From UHGV virus genome UHGV-1430915: 64,000 bases of DNA; one strand, given 5' to 3'. The DNA comes from a virus. Shown here piece after piece: positions 1 to 10,291 of the stretch. The notes under the pieces were generated by a model that worked only from the letters and a program-made list of their open reading frames with translations, was not told the origin of the DNA and made no database searches. Within the stretch, counting starts at the first letter, position 1; every line of letters starts with the position of its first letter. The position numbers and the translations under genes are program-made.

Positions 1-571
1 GGTTTTCTGCAGTGTTCCCAGAGAAAGCCATAGAGTATTGTAAAGTCTGGTTTCCAAAACCAACAACCCTACCTTTTGGCAAGTTCATATCCTTCAGCAG
101 GTCATTAAGCACAGAGTTCAGAGGTGTACCTTTCTGATAAGATCTTGTGCTTTGGCACTTAATGATGTTCTCAGTACCATCCCCAAAGATGAACTTAGTT
201 TTTCTGGTCGGACCTTCCCATCTGTCCTCAACAAACTCTACAGTTCCGGAGAATATCAACTGGTTCTCATTATCATAGCCAGCCTCAAACATAACTGCAA
301 GAGCATCAGCTTGATGCATATCTAGATAGTTAACTGTATCGTCAGACAGGTTGTAAACTGTCACATAGCCTTTGTTTGGCTCTTTGGTATTATCCTTTTG
401 TATGTCAAACTCTATATTGGCAGCACCAGTGTCCGAGCTAATCTCATAAACTCCGGAATCACTCTCTCCTTTCTTTTCAACAGATTTTGGGATGTTGGTT
501 TTTGATTTACCGCCATGCTCTACAGGACGACCAAATAACAATCGCCATGTTCTACGTCTGTATTCTGCCAT
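1..571 (-). CDS. putative baseplate/tail protein, partial (3-prime end lies beyond window start)
   Basis: Open frame on minus strand from ATG at 569-571 (TAATG overlap with upstream stop) to window edge with no stop; sits after tape measure and two tail genes; no motif recognised. Confidence 0.4.
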   Translation of the reverse strand, partial: MAEYRRRTWRLLFGRPVEHGGKSKTNIPKSVEKKGESDSGVYEISSDTGAANIEFDIQKDNTKEPNKGYVTVYNLSDDTVNYLDMHQADALAVMFEAGYDNENQLIFSGTVEFVEDRWEGPTRKTKFIFGDGTENIIKCQSTRSYQKGTPLNSVLNDLLKDMNLPKGRVVGFGNQTLQYSMAFSGNTAEN

Positions 572-951
572 TATTCTAACCCTTGCTGTTCCTTGTAAAG
601 ATCAACTGGGGTGCCGTATACAAGTTGTAGCTCAGATCTTGCTCCAAGGTTGTATCTTCCAACCCTGCCCCAATATTGATCATCTTTAAACGACAGCGCC
701 ATCAATCTACCTTTCGGTAAATCGTCTCTGTAATGCAGTCCGTCTAAGATATCTTGACAAGCTGTTACTTTTCTTGTTACTAAAGGGCTGTCACCTACCG
801 GACCAAGGGATAACCACCAAGACTCATCCCTCTCATTCCATTGCATACGCATTTCATACGTTTCATTGTCTAAAACAACACGCATGGTTTGATCAGGAAA
901 GCCGTCAATGTCCCACACAAAGGTGATTATGCACCAATCTTTAAGCTCCAT
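571..951 (-). CDS. hypothetical tail/baseplate protein
   Basis: 126-aa ORF in tail operon downstream of tape measure; function by position only. Confidence 0.4.
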   Translation of the reverse strand: MELKDWCIITFVWDIDGFPDQTMRVVLDNETYEMRMQWNERDESWWLSLGPVGDSPLVTRKVTACQDILDGLHYRDDLPKGRLMALSFKDDQYWGRVGRYNLGARSELQLVYGTPVDLYKEQQGLE

Positions 952-962
952 TGCACGCCCCC

Positions 963-1874
963 TTATTTTCCGTTAACTTTGTTGTAGTTTCCCTGCTCAG
1001 ATGGAACTATGGTAGAAGGTCTTCCATATTCCTGATAGTACCAATCCGCAGCAGATTGGGTGACACCGTTTTCATCTGTCCACATCATAGATTTGTATGG
1101 CTGCCACTCTTCTGCGGCATTTGTGGATGCAGTGTCTGCAAATGCTCCTGTGTCCCTTTTGTTACCCACGTTACTGCCATTCTTACAATCGTTGACAGCG
1201 CCTTTTTGCTGTGTCTTGCCTACTTTCTTAGGATTGCTGTATACAGTTGCATTAACAACCTTATTCAAGTAGAATGTGCGGAACTCTGTAAGCTCTACAT
1301 CAAACACCATTGCAGCGCCTTCACCAACAGACTTGTTGGCAGAAAGACTGGTTATGATGTAGTTCTCAAGAAGTCTCTCCTCGGTAACCAAAGAAACCAA
1401 CTGGCGCTTATTAATGATCTCAGTCAAAGCCTCCAGTGCAGCGCCTGGTCGCATAGATGCTGCAGGGTTTTTAGAGTCAGTATTCCTGTCAATGTAGTTT
1501 TGCTCATAAATTATATGTGGAGATGTATTTACCCTACCAGTAAAAGAAAATACACCATCTTTAATTACAGCGTGGTCTGACAGGGTAGATTTATCTTCTA
1601 CCGCAAACCCGGTCTTATCAACAGAATGTTTGAAAGAGTAGTTCTCAACCTGATCGAAGATAATGGCAAGATCGTTAGTAAAGTTTTTACCCTTCATCTC
1701 CGTATTGCGACCACCATAGTTAAGACCACTGACAAACATAGTGTACTTTACATCGCTTTCAGTTTGCTGCTCTGCCTTTTCAGCCTTTGGAGATTTAACC
1801 TCTTGAGGCTTGTACAGGTCTTTTTCATCAACTATATTGCTTGGCATAACCTCTCCAGGACACTCCGATACCAT
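963..1874 (-). CDS. putative tail/baseplate protein
   Basis: 303-aa ORF immediately downstream of tape measure gene; position only. Confidence 0.4.
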   Translation of the reverse strand: MVSECPGEVMPSNIVDEKDLYKPQEVKSPKAEKAEQQTESDVKYTMFVSGLNYGGRNTEMKGKNFTNDLAIIFDQVENYSFKHSVDKTGFAVEDKSTLSDHAVIKDGVFSFTGRVNTSPHIIYEQNYIDRNTDSKNPAASMRPGAALEALTEIINKRQLVSLVTEERLLENYIITSLSANKSVGEGAAMVFDVELTEFRTFYLNKVVNATVYSNPKKVGKTQQKGAVNDCKNGSNVGNKRDTGAFADTASTNAAEEWQPYKSMMWTDENGVTQSAADWYYQEYGRPSTIVPSEQGNYNKVNGK

Positions 1875-1910
1875 CTAGATATTGTATCATAAAATAGCCG
1901 TTTTTACAAC

Positions 1911-1940
1911 ACCGATAAAATAAAGGGGGCCGGAGCCCCC
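1911..1940 (-). terminator. candidate intrinsic terminator (minus strand)
   Basis: GGGGGC-cgga-GCCCCC hairpin followed on minus strand by a U-rich run, just after the tape measure stop. Confidence 0.4.
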
Positions 1941-1953
1941 TATGTGCCGTTTA

Positions 1954-4287
1954 TTACCAAAGATCTGTTGACATAAAGTTAATATCTTTGTTGTTCTCCC
2001 ACTCAAGTTTTGCATCAATTATTTTGTTAAACTCGCCCTCATTTATTGAAATAGTGATTTTCCCATCACTGATCTCTAAAGGTAGCATTTCCATAGTTCT
2101 TAATTGAGAAGCAAAACCAGGGCCACCTGGCAACGGAAGAGTACCGCCCGGTAAGGTGTCCAAAGGATCAACAAACCCGTTACCTCCAGATATAATATCT
2201 TTGCGAATCATATCGCTGATAGTATCCAGTTGCTGATTTCTTTCACTCAGCGGGTTGAAACGGTCATTAAATAACTCTCCGGCACTCAATATTGTGCCGA
2301 TAATGCCCAGCTTGCCAAGTATGCCAATTTTACCACCAGGTGTCTTGAGGCCACCTCCACCTTTTCCTGCCGCGCCGCCACCAGATCCTTCTGCAGTGGC
2401 TGCACCTGCTGCTCCAGCTGCACCTCTTAGAGAACTAAGGAATTTAAAGGTTTTTACAAGCATGGATGCCATGACAAAACCTTTTGTCAGGGCGTTGACG
2501 ACCAGCATGATGGCAGCAGCAAACCCTGCCCATTTAGCATAGCTAAAGGTGTCATGAAGCTCTTCAGAATATTCCTTCGTCTTAGCTGTTATGAATCCCC
2601 ATTTAATCCCCCATTCAAGGAAAAACATGCGGATCTTGACTATAGTGTTGTTCAGTTCACCAACTACCCAGTTAAGACCTCTCACAAACCCGCTAACAAA
2701 ATCACCAGAGGCATCCCACACAAATTGCAAAGTCTCACCAGTGCGGATCAGTGTATAATAGAACTCTGTTAGTTCGTCAGCCCAACGGGTGAACAGTTTC
2801 TGACGGGACAGTTCGATGAAGGTTTTCAGCCTGTTTTCTGCCAGCACGTTAGACTTCTGCATTCTCTCATAACCAGCTGCAGATGCCTCGTTCATGTACT
2901 TAGCCACATACTTCATGATCTTGGCTGTTTTAACCTCGCCTTTCTTCATCATGTCCATGAACTGATCCATGGAGAGCTCAGAAAGACCAAAAGCCTCTTT
3001 GGTGGCCTTGATAAAAGGTTCATATGCCCCAGGTAACGCTTCAGCAAGCTGTTGCTTAAGTTCTTCAGACATTACCTGTCCTTTACCAAGCATTTGCTGG
3101 ATTGCCATAATACCGCGCTGGTATTTTACCTCATCGGCACCATAAGCAGCAGCATACTGTGAGTATGCAGAGAATAGCTCATGGACCTCTTGGTTTGTCA
3201 TCTGATTTTTGGCGTTCACCGCCATCTGAGAATAACCCTGAAGACCAGATTTGAGATCAAAACCAAGACGCATAGCCTCCTGCTGGACAAACGCAACTTC
3301 ACTGTTGGCTTTGTTTGGATCTCCAGTAACAGCAGTAAGAGCAGCACTTGCCCCCTCCATCATGTGACCGGATCTGTTCACCGCAGCAAATCCAGAAAAA
3401 GCTGTATACGCAGCTGTTGCATTAATAACAGATCTACGTAAGTCTCTCAGGGCATCGCCTAGTGTAAGCGTTTGGCTGGTGGCGCTTTTAAACCCAGACT
3501 GCAGAGCTGACAGGTGGGCGTTAAAGGTTGACTTTTTCATCTCTCCGCGAGCAAACCTGGACTCTAACTCTGAGTATCCTGGCAAGCTTCCACGGAATCC
3601 AGCCCCATACTTGGCAGAAAGTCTTATCGCAGAGTTGTAGAGGTGGGTTCTTCTTGCCTCACGATCCGACATAAGCCTATTATCCATACCAGCTTTACTG
3701 TCCCTTCTTAGCTGCCTATGGTAACGGTTCATAGCCGCTGTCTGAGCTTTCACAAGATTAGGGTCGGAAGCCACACCACCCATGTTAGGGTTACCGGGGA
3801 TATATTTGAAAGATTTGGCATTAGCCAAAACTCTTGCCTTAGGTGCCTTATACCCGCCGTAAGACACTGGTGCAGATTTGGCAGCCTTTTTGGCCTCTTT
3901 AGCTTGCTGCTGGTAGAACTTACGCATCCTAGCCATTTCTGGATTTTTAGCGGTAAGATTACCCACAGCTTGTTTACGTCTCGCGTTCTCCCTACGTTCT
4001 ATTGCAGCCCTTACTGCAGCCTCTTTCTTGGCTTGTGTTACGCTCTCCCTGTGCAGTTTAGCATTTGCCTGAGATTGCTGCCTGGCAACCCGCTGCATTG
4101 TTTGCTGGGTTTTAACAGCCACTGCCTGCCATCTACTCATTGGGTTGGCTGAGTTAAAATCCTCGCCCAGTTTCCTGAACTCCCTCCCAATACTGCGAAT
4201 TTTCTCTACAGCTTTTTTGTAGGAGGAGTTCTCTATCTCAAAGCCAATCTTGTTGACTGTTGTGGCAACTATTTTGTTTGTAGCCAT
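1954..4287 (-). CDS. tail tape measure protein
   Basis: 777 aa, alpha-helical/coiled-coil composition, Gly-rich hydrophobic segment near C-terminus, located directly after chaperone pair. Confidence 0.7.
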   Translation of the reverse strand: MATNKIVATTVNKIGFEIENSSYKKAVEKIRSIGREFRKLGEDFNSANPMSRWQAVAVKTQQTMQRVARQQSQANAKLHRESVTQAKKEAAVRAAIERRENARRKQAVGNLTAKNPEMARMRKFYQQQAKEAKKAAKSAPVSYGGYKAPKARVLANAKSFKYIPGNPNMGGVASDPNLVKAQTAAMNRYHRQLRRDSKAGMDNRLMSDREARRTHLYNSAIRLSAKYGAGFRGSLPGYSELESRFARGEMKKSTFNAHLSALQSGFKSATSQTLTLGDALRDLRRSVINATAAYTAFSGFAAVNRSGHMMEGASAALTAVTGDPNKANSEVAFVQQEAMRLGFDLKSGLQGYSQMAVNAKNQMTNQEVHELFSAYSQYAAAYGADEVKYQRGIMAIQQMLGKGQVMSEELKQQLAEALPGAYEPFIKATKEAFGLSELSMDQFMDMMKKGEVKTAKIMKYVAKYMNEASAAGYERMQKSNVLAENRLKTFIELSRQKLFTRWADELTEFYYTLIRTGETLQFVWDASGDFVSGFVRGLNWVVGELNNTIVKIRMFFLEWGIKWGFITAKTKEYSEELHDTFSYAKWAGFAAAIMLVVNALTKGFVMASMLVKTFKFLSSLRGAAGAAGAATAEGSGGGAAGKGGGGLKTPGGKIGILGKLGIIGTILSAGELFNDRFNPLSERNQQLDTISDMIRKDIISGGNGFVDPLDTLPGGTLPLPGGPGFASQLRTMEMLPLEISDGKITISINEGEFNKIIDAKLEWENNKDINFMSTDLW

Positions 4288-4341
4288 GCTTTCCTCATAA
4301 TAAAAAGGGCCAGATCCCAGAAAAGGAATCCGGCCCTTAGA

Positions 4342-4716
4342 TTATCCTCTCCTGCGCTTAGCTTTCGCAGCAGCTGCGGCAGCCTTCTGCTCCCGCTCCA
4401 TTTCCCTGTTTTGGACGGTATCTAGGAATTCTTCGATATCAAGATACTCACAGAGTTTCAGGAAATACGCCATATCTGCAAGATTTAGCGATTCAAAATT
4501 TTCCCCTTTGAAATTCTTGAGCACCCTGCACCAAAGAAAGTCGAACCAGTTAAGTGAACTGTTCTTGGCTGCCCACTCACTGGCCCTCACAACAACCTTG
4601 CTTATTCCTGCTCTTCCGGAGCCTGATCCAGATTGTTCACCTGCTGGATCATACCCATCTGCTGTAACATCTCCAGAAGGCTTCCTAAACCGTCTTGTGT
4701 GAAAAAACAGCCGTAG
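4342..4716 (-). CDS. tail assembly chaperone -1 frameshift extension (G-T-like product)
   Basis: Frame open from 4716 to 4342 in the -1 frame relative to chaperone; overlaps chaperone 3-prime region containing slippery heptamer. Confidence 0.45.
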   Translation of the reverse strand, partial: LRLFFHTRRFRKPSGDVTADGYDPAGEQSGSGSGRAGISKVVVRASEWAAKNSSLNWFDFLWCRVLKNFKGENFESLNLADMAYFLKLCEYLDIEEFLDTVQNREMEREQKAAAAAAKAKRRRG

Positions 4717-5075
4717 TTAACCTCCAGAACCTTACCTGCCAGCTTAATCATCTCCAGCAGATGCCCTGCAAACACAACATCAGGGTTAAGCTTATCCACA
4801 CCATCCACGGTAATATCTTCGAACAAGATTTTAAATAACTCTTCAATAGAGTTATCATCAAGTTCTTGAAACAGGTAAGCCAGGGCTGTAGGAAGGACCT
4901 CTGCCATATTCTGACCACCTGAGAGAATAGATCCGCCGACAGCTCCTAGCGGGACAGCTACAATCTTACCGATTTTAGGCATGTTTTTCATTGCTTTCAT
5001 CGGTCCCCAGTGGGTGATCACAAAGTTGTGCCCTGCTAAATCAATCTCTGTTGTAGGTCTAAAGTTTATAGCCAT
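4602..5075 (-). CDS. tail assembly chaperone
   Basis: 157-aa acidic ORF between tube and tape measure genes; contains C-F-F codons TGT TTT TTC forming slippery site. Confidence 0.5.
   Translation of the reverse strand: MAINFRPTTEIDLAGHNFVITHWGPMKAMKNMPKIGKIVAVPLGAVGGSILSGGQNMAEVLPTALAYLFQELDDNSIEELFKILFEDITVDGVDKLNPDVVFAGHLLEMIKLAGKVLEVNYGCFFTQDGLGSLLEMLQQMGMIQQVNNLDQAPEEQE
4701..4707 (-). promoter_or_regulatory. candidate -1 programmed ribosomal frameshift slippery site T-TTT-TTC
   Basis: Minus-strand heptamer TTTTTTC in zero frame TGT-TTT-TTC of chaperone; -1 shift enters the ORF ending at 4342. Confidence 0.45.
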
Positions 5076-5194
5076 TTTATAGCATCCTTATTAGTCATGT
5101 TGTGCACCATATTTGTGTATTTTACCATGATTATGGTGCATTGTCAATTTAACCTTTCAAGCAATCCAAAAGAGTTTGTCAAAACCATAAAAGC

Positions 5195-5221
5195 AAAAAG
5201 CCCCACCCGAAGGTGAGGCTT
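5195..5221 (-). terminator. candidate intrinsic terminator/attenuator (minus strand) after tube gene
   Basis: GC stem-loop (gcctcacc-ttcg-ggtggggc) followed by UUUUU on minus strand. Confidence 0.4.
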
Positions 5222-5237
5222 ATACTAAAGTGTGCCC

Positions 5238-5711
5238 TTAGATAATACCTGCAAGACCTGCGAGGCCAGTGAGAGCACCAGTGATGTTGTCACGGTTGAG
5301 CCATGCATCCAGAATACCGATATCCCAGTCCAGCTGACCTACTTCGGTTCCGTAAGTGAGGTCAGGCTGTTTTTGGATCCAACCGATTGTAGCAATACCA
5401 GGACCCTGGCTACCTTCCAGCAGAACCGGGAAGAATACCAGACCAGTAATAGATGCCTGTTTCTGCCAGTCAGAAAGGTAAGCGTTCCATACAGAAGTGT
5501 TCTGCAAAGACACAGTCATAACACCAGATTGGTTACGAGACAGGGCTGCAGACATTTCGCCATCCACACCAACGTGAGGGTAGATGTTGTCTTCGTTTCT
5601 TGAAACAACGATCTTGGTGTCAGCAGCGAAGCCAGTGACACGCTGCTGCATCAGGTACAGTTTGACCTTTTTAGGGTCATAAGCATAAGGAGTTAAAATT
5701 TGAGTTTCCAT
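5238..5711 (-). CDS. tail tube protein
   Basis: 157-aa ORF immediately downstream of sheath gene, upstream of chaperone; canonical myovirus order. Confidence 0.55.
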   Translation of the reverse strand: METQILTPYAYDPKKVKLYLMQQRVTGFAADTKIVVSRNEDNIYPHVGVDGEMSAALSRNQSGVMTVSLQNTSVWNAYLSDWQKQASITGLVFFPVLLEGSQGPGIATIGWIQKQPDLTYGTEVGQLDWDIGILDAWLNRDNITGALTGLAGLAGII

Positions 5712-5721
5712 CTAGTCTTCC

Positions 5722-7098
5722 TTATTCAGTCATTGCAACAGCATTGGTGGATTTAGAACCAACTTTGTCCAGAAGGACGTTGATCCGGATACGAACGAAG
5801 TGCAGGGCGTTGTTATACACCAGTTCTACTTTCACACCTTCCAGAACACGAGCAGCCAACTGATTGGTTGGGATCTCTGCACGTTTAGGAACTGTGATGA
5901 TCGGGTCGTAGAACACATTGTTGTCTTCGTCAAAACCTGTCAGGATCGCGCCATTCTTAATGCCAGTATTGATCGGGTTGTTCATCAGAACAGATTTGAT
6001 AACCGGAAGATCATCATCAGACATCTTCATGCTTAAACCCATGTTGGAGCGGCGATGCATGTACCCAAACATGGATTCTTCAGATCTGAACTTGATCCAG
6101 TGTGCAAAACGAATAGCGTCTGCATACTGACCTGAAGCACACTTACCTTCCCAGAAAGCGCCAACACCGTTAATCATTCTGTAGAAGTTAACGTGGTTTT
6201 CCCAAATCGCCATACGCTGAGTTAAAGTCAGAGATGGTGCAATCACACCCGGCATCTGTTTTAAGTGCAAGCTGTCACCGTAGGACGGATCGTTGGATGC
6301 CATAGCACCTATGATACCACCCTCCGGGAAGTCCTTATCTGCACGAGGATCGTACATGCCAACACTGTCATATTGTGCAGCTTTCAGTTTGGTAGCGATG
6401 TTACTATCTTTGCCAGTCACATCTTCTGCAGTAGAGTAGACATGGAGCTTGTAGTTAGCCTGAGCCCACTTAGCACATGCTTCAATGTCGGTGTGGTCTT
6501 CATGGCACAGGAAGTACCAATTGTCACGCTCAGCATTGATCTTATCAACTACTGTAGAAGGTTTTTCAGTATTGGCGATATTTTTGATTGTATAGTTACC
6601 AGTATGATAACCAACAGTACAGTCACCAGTGATGGTGATAACACCTTCAGAAGCCTCCACAGTGATATCTTCCAAGTTATCATCTGCTTCGATTTTAGTC
6701 TTCATTGATTCTGCAATCTGAGTTGCAGCTGTTCCACCAGAGATAGGAACTATCAAAGAGGTATTGTAGCCACCTTTTGCAATAGTCATTACGACATCGG
6801 TATCGGCTGCGGCAGCAATACCCTTAAAGTCTACAGTGGTTTTTTCTTTGGCCTGTCTGCCGATCATAACATATTGTGGAGGGAATACACCACCAAAAGC
6901 TTTTGCTGCAAACTCATACGCTGCAGAGCCTTGTGCGAAACCATCTTCCACCATCTGATCCAGCTCCGCATATACGCGAGCTCGCTCAGTAAAGTTGTTG
7001 TGGATAGCGATGAACAGGGGAGTTTCGAAACCTACAGTGTCAATAGGTTGGGTTCCGAGGTTAACTGTAACATCTACCACTTTATCTAAATATGGCAT
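5722..7098 (-). CDS. tail sheath protein
   Basis: 458-aa ORF preceding tube gene in sheath-tube-chaperone-tape measure order. Confidence 0.6.
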   Translation of the reverse strand: MPYLDKVVDVTVNLGTQPIDTVGFETPLFIAIHNNFTERARVYAELDQMVEDGFAQGSAAYEFAAKAFGGVFPPQYVMIGRQAKEKTTVDFKGIAAAADTDVVMTIAKGGYNTSLIVPISGGTAATQIAESMKTKIEADDNLEDITVEASEGVITITGDCTVGYHTGNYTIKNIANTEKPSTVVDKINAERDNWYFLCHEDHTDIEACAKWAQANYKLHVYSTAEDVTGKDSNIATKLKAAQYDSVGMYDPRADKDFPEGGIIGAMASNDPSYGDSLHLKQMPGVIAPSLTLTQRMAIWENHVNFYRMINGVGAFWEGKCASGQYADAIRFAHWIKFRSEESMFGYMHRRSNMGLSMKMSDDDLPVIKSVLMNNPINTGIKNGAILTGFDEDNNVFYDPIITVPKRAEIPTNQLAARVLEGVKVELVYNNALHFVRIRINVLLDKVGSKSTNAVAMTE

Positions 7099-7170
7099 TT
7101 GTTTCCTCTTAATATCTGTGCACGGATATCAAACACGCAGTGTAATCATTACACTACACAATTATAACGA

Positions 7171-7722
7171 TTACTGACCACTGTCTGTAACCGCTTTACC
7201 AGAATTGGGTGAAGGGAAATGTGTGGTTATTTCAGCCTTAATTCCCTGAAGATCCTCAAAAGCCCCAATGTCTGTCTCAACAAACCTTACGTTAAATGTC
7301 AGCATTACGGTAGCTCTATTTTCATACGTCTGCTTATTCAACGGCACCCTTTGAGGTGAAATTGTTGAATTGTTAGAGTAGGCAAAGCACGATCCCAGAG
7401 GGAAATACTTGTCATAAAACATTGGAAGGTTTATTGCTTGCAATACTCTGCTAAGTGCAGCATATGCCCTGCCGCGATAAGCTGTTAACAGATAAGTAAC
7501 AGTATAACTGTGGGTGACGTAAGCATTACCCTCCGCATCTTGAAACTCATTATCTTCCCAAGTGGTGGGATTGATCGCCAGGGTTTGCAAAAGTACAAAC
7601 TCACCTTCCGGCTTCGGTATGGTAGAGCTTTCTGCCAGAACTACAGTTCTTCCTGTGGCAACCTTGACAAGCTTAGCGATGGTTGTTTCAAGATCAGAAA
7701 AAACTTTTTCGAAAGCTTCCAT
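7171..7722 (-). CDS. hypothetical neck/tail completion protein
   Basis: Position between head and sheath genes; ATGA overlap with upstream gene. Confidence 0.4.
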   Translation of the reverse strand: MEAFEKVFSDLETTIAKLVKVATGRTVVLAESSTIPKPEGEFVLLQTLAINPTTWEDNEFQDAEGNAYVTHSYTVTYLLTAYRGRAYAALSRVLQAINLPMFYDKYFPLGSCFAYSNNSTISPQRVPLNKQTYENRATVMLTFNVRFVETDIGAFEDLQGIKAEITTHFPSPNSGKAVTDSGQ

Positions 7723-8147
7723 CAGTTTTCTCCTTCAGGCTCTTCTACCACAAAAAATCTATATCTTCCACCACCAGACGTGACATAAGAATCGCATTTT
7801 AAAACGGTAAACCACTTCAGGTCACCACGGATGTCAGGCAGTTGAATTTGATCAGCCATTGCATATGTTCCTTCGTCTGGACTATACAACTTGGTTGAGG
7901 AGTAAACTGTAAAAGCCTCGTATTGTCTGTCACCTTCAGGATTTATCTGGGAGGAGTAATCTTTAGCTGCCCTTCCTGTCAACGGCTGCACAACACACTC
8001 TAAGACATCAAACTCTTCATACTCAAGTTCTAACCCCTCGTTAGCAAAAGGACCACCAACTGTTTTGTTATACACTCTGTGGCGACCTTTGAATGTTTTA
8101 CGAGGTATTAGCCTGTTCTTTCCTATCAGCTTATAACCTGCTGCCAC
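7722..8147 (-). CDS. hypothetical head-tail joining protein
   Basis: Position; translational coupling. Confidence 0.4.
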   Translation of the reverse strand: MAAGYKLIGKNRLIPRKTFKGRHRVYNKTVGGPFANEGLELEYEEFDVLECVVQPLTGRAAKDYSSQINPEGDRQYEAFTVYSSTKLYSPDEGTYAMADQIQLPDIRGDLKWFTVLKCDSYVTSGGGRYRFFVVEEPEGEN

Positions 8148-8163
8148 TCAACCCCCTTATTTT

Positions 8164-8622
8164 TTACTGTCCAATTTTAAAGGTTGCAGATTCAAGCAGC
8201 ACATCGTAATGCCGCATAGCCTCGTTGAAGCCCTTCTCTTGTGCCCACTGCTCACTAACAGTAGGGTTACTAAACTGACCAGCCTCAATAACAAACTGGA
8301 TAGCTTTGGCCCCTGTGTCCCCCATCTGCCTAAGAACAGCCTCTGCACTTGATCCTCTAGCCATAGCTCTCAACAATTTTTCTGTTAAGGTCTGCAGTTG
8401 CGTGCTGTGAAATGCAAAGGCCGTCTCCATGAAATTGCGAACAGGCAGCCCGTTCCAACCGAAGTTGTGAATAGCTGCCAATGTTGCCATATTTAAGCCT
8501 GACGGGTGAGGTTCATCATAAAAGCCGTAGGTTATTGTTTTGCTTTCAAGTTTCACAAGGTCTTTATAAAAGCGATCTAAACGCTTTAGGTTGAACCTTG
8601 TTTGACATTTAACCTTTAGCAT
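8164..8622 (-). CDS. hypothetical head-tail connector protein
   Basis: ORF with GAGGA RBS before ATG at 8620-8622; position. Confidence 0.4.
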   Translation of the reverse strand: MLKVKCQTRFNLKRLDRFYKDLVKLESKTITYGFYDEPHPSGLNMATLAAIHNFGWNGLPVRNFMETAFAFHSTQLQTLTEKLLRAMARGSSAEAVLRQMGDTGAKAIQFVIEAGQFSNPTVSEQWAQEKGFNEAMRHYDVLLESATFKIGQ

Positions 8623-8675
8623 TATATTCCTCACTAATGTATTTTACCACAAAGATACATCAAAAGCAACAATTT

Positions 8676-9296
8676 TTAAAAACTGCGTTTGCGTCTTGGG
8701 TGGCGAGGAGGTTGATTATTTAGACCACTAATAGGTGTAATCCCCTGAACATCGAACGGGCCGTTACTGTTTTCATTAAATTTAACCCGAATTCCTTCGT
8801 CTACACGAACACCGCCAATGATAATCATTCTGCTATAAGCATCTAGCTCAGAGTCTACATAATCTGGGTGTGCCAGCAGCCAATCAAGAAAATCTTTCCA
8901 CTGAGCGTAGGAAGATCCACCACGAATCTCTATGGTCTCATCACCTATTTTTTCCAGACGAGAAGTTATACTTGCATTACCGCTGGAAACTTCCTGCATC
9001 ATCAGCCACCGCACAAGCTGCACAAGCACATTGTACTTAAGCAGGGGTAGCTTATCAGGGTCTGCCGGATAATTTAGTTTCAGCTTCTCCATGTCAAGGA
9101 ATGTTTTAATTACCTCATCAGGGAGTGTTTCCTCATCAACATTGCCAAGCAATAACCTCATAATATCGATAAGAGGTTGGTCTGGATCAGGTTCCGGAGG
9201 CACAGGATCTTCTTTTGGTGGTTCTTCTGGGGTATCGACTACACCATCATGGTTAGGCGGTGACGGGATAATCTCTTCATCTTCATACCATGCCAT
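8676..9296 (-). CDS. hypothetical head/neck protein
   Basis: Start chosen at Met preceded by GAGGT RBS; very acidic N-terminus. Confidence 0.4.
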   Translation of the reverse strand: MAWYEDEEIIPSPPNHDGVVDTPEEPPKEDPVPPEPDPDQPLIDIMRLLLGNVDEETLPDEVIKTFLDMEKLKLNYPADPDKLPLLKYNVLVQLVRWLMMQEVSSGNASITSRLEKIGDETIEIRGGSSYAQWKDFLDWLLAHPDYVDSELDAYSRMIIIGGVRVDEGIRVKFNENSNGPFDVQGITPISGLNNQPPRHPRRKRSF

Positions 9297-9355
9297 TTGA
9301 AAATACCTCGTAAAAATAAAGCCCCATTCCTGATTTGGAAGGGGCCTTAACAAAA

Positions 9356-10210
9356 TTATGCCAGTGCAGCCTCAAAATCTTTCATCATATTTTGGAAAGT
9401 TTTTGCCTTACTTAAGGTAACACCGTGCTCTTTAGCGAAGGTTTGGAGTGCATCTTTCGAACCACTCTTGTCATCTTCGTTGTTAAGAGCTGCGGCTTGC
9501 TGCAGTATGGCATCAACATCGCCGTGAGAAGATCTTGATTCTTGTGCCTGTTCAGGATCCTGCTCAGTACCTTCCGTACCCTCCGGTGCGGTCGGACCTG
9601 GTGATTCCTCACTGCCACCACCAGGTTCAGTAGGGCCTACAGGTGGCTCCGGCTCTGGTTCAGGTTCTGGGGCTACTGTAGAAGTCAGCCCAAGATTTAC
9701 AACCTGAGAACGTTTCTTAGGCCACTCAATGGTGAAAGTCTGGGTATCTTCTGCATAAGCAACATCGCATTGCTCATCGTTTATGGTCACTTTTTTAGGC
9801 ATCCCTTCAGGGTCCCACAGATGGCCCTCTGCCACTGAAACTTTGAAAGCGGCATCTACCTCTTTAAACACTGACGGGGTGAGTGTGATATTGACATCAC
9901 CGCTTTGCAGTGTTAAAGTGCTTTCATCAAGGTTCTCTGTGAAGAACAGAAGAATAACACCCATACGGATAGTTGAAATACCAGTATCAATTGGCAGACC
10001 TGTGTGTTTTGCAATCTTCTCGAAGAAGTCTACAATCGTTCTGCATGGATAGTGAACACTGCCAATAACGAACTCTGTTGGTGGCAGCAGGGCTGATAAA
10101 CCAACATTGATTTCTGGATTGTATTGTGCTAAAAATTGATAAAAACTTAACTGATTGTTGAAAACTCTTAATAGAGGATCATACTCGACTGGATATACGG
10201 CTCTCTTCAC
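9356..10210 (-). CDS. hypothetical structural protein with PEPEPEPEP linker
   Basis: 284-aa ORF directly after major capsid gene; internal Pro/Glu-rich repeat linker. Confidence 0.4.
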   Translation of the reverse strand: MKRAVYPVEYDPLLRVFNNQLSFYQFLAQYNPEINVGLSALLPPTEFVIGSVHYPCRTIVDFFEKIAKHTGLPIDTGISTIRMGVILLFFTENLDESTLTLQSGDVNITLTPSVFKEVDAAFKVSVAEGHLWDPEGMPKKVTINDEQCDVAYAEDTQTFTIEWPKKRSQVVNLGLTSTVAPEPEPEPEPPVGPTEPGGGSEESPGPTAPEGTEGTEQDPEQAQESRSSHGDVDAILQQAAALNNEDDKSGSKDALQTFAKEHGVTLSKAKTFQNMMKDFEAALA

Positions 10211-10291
10211 GGGACACTCCTGTTAAACCCTAATAAATAAAAAGGGGAGGGGGAGAACCCCCTCCCCATATGGGATGAATCACCTTAGTGA

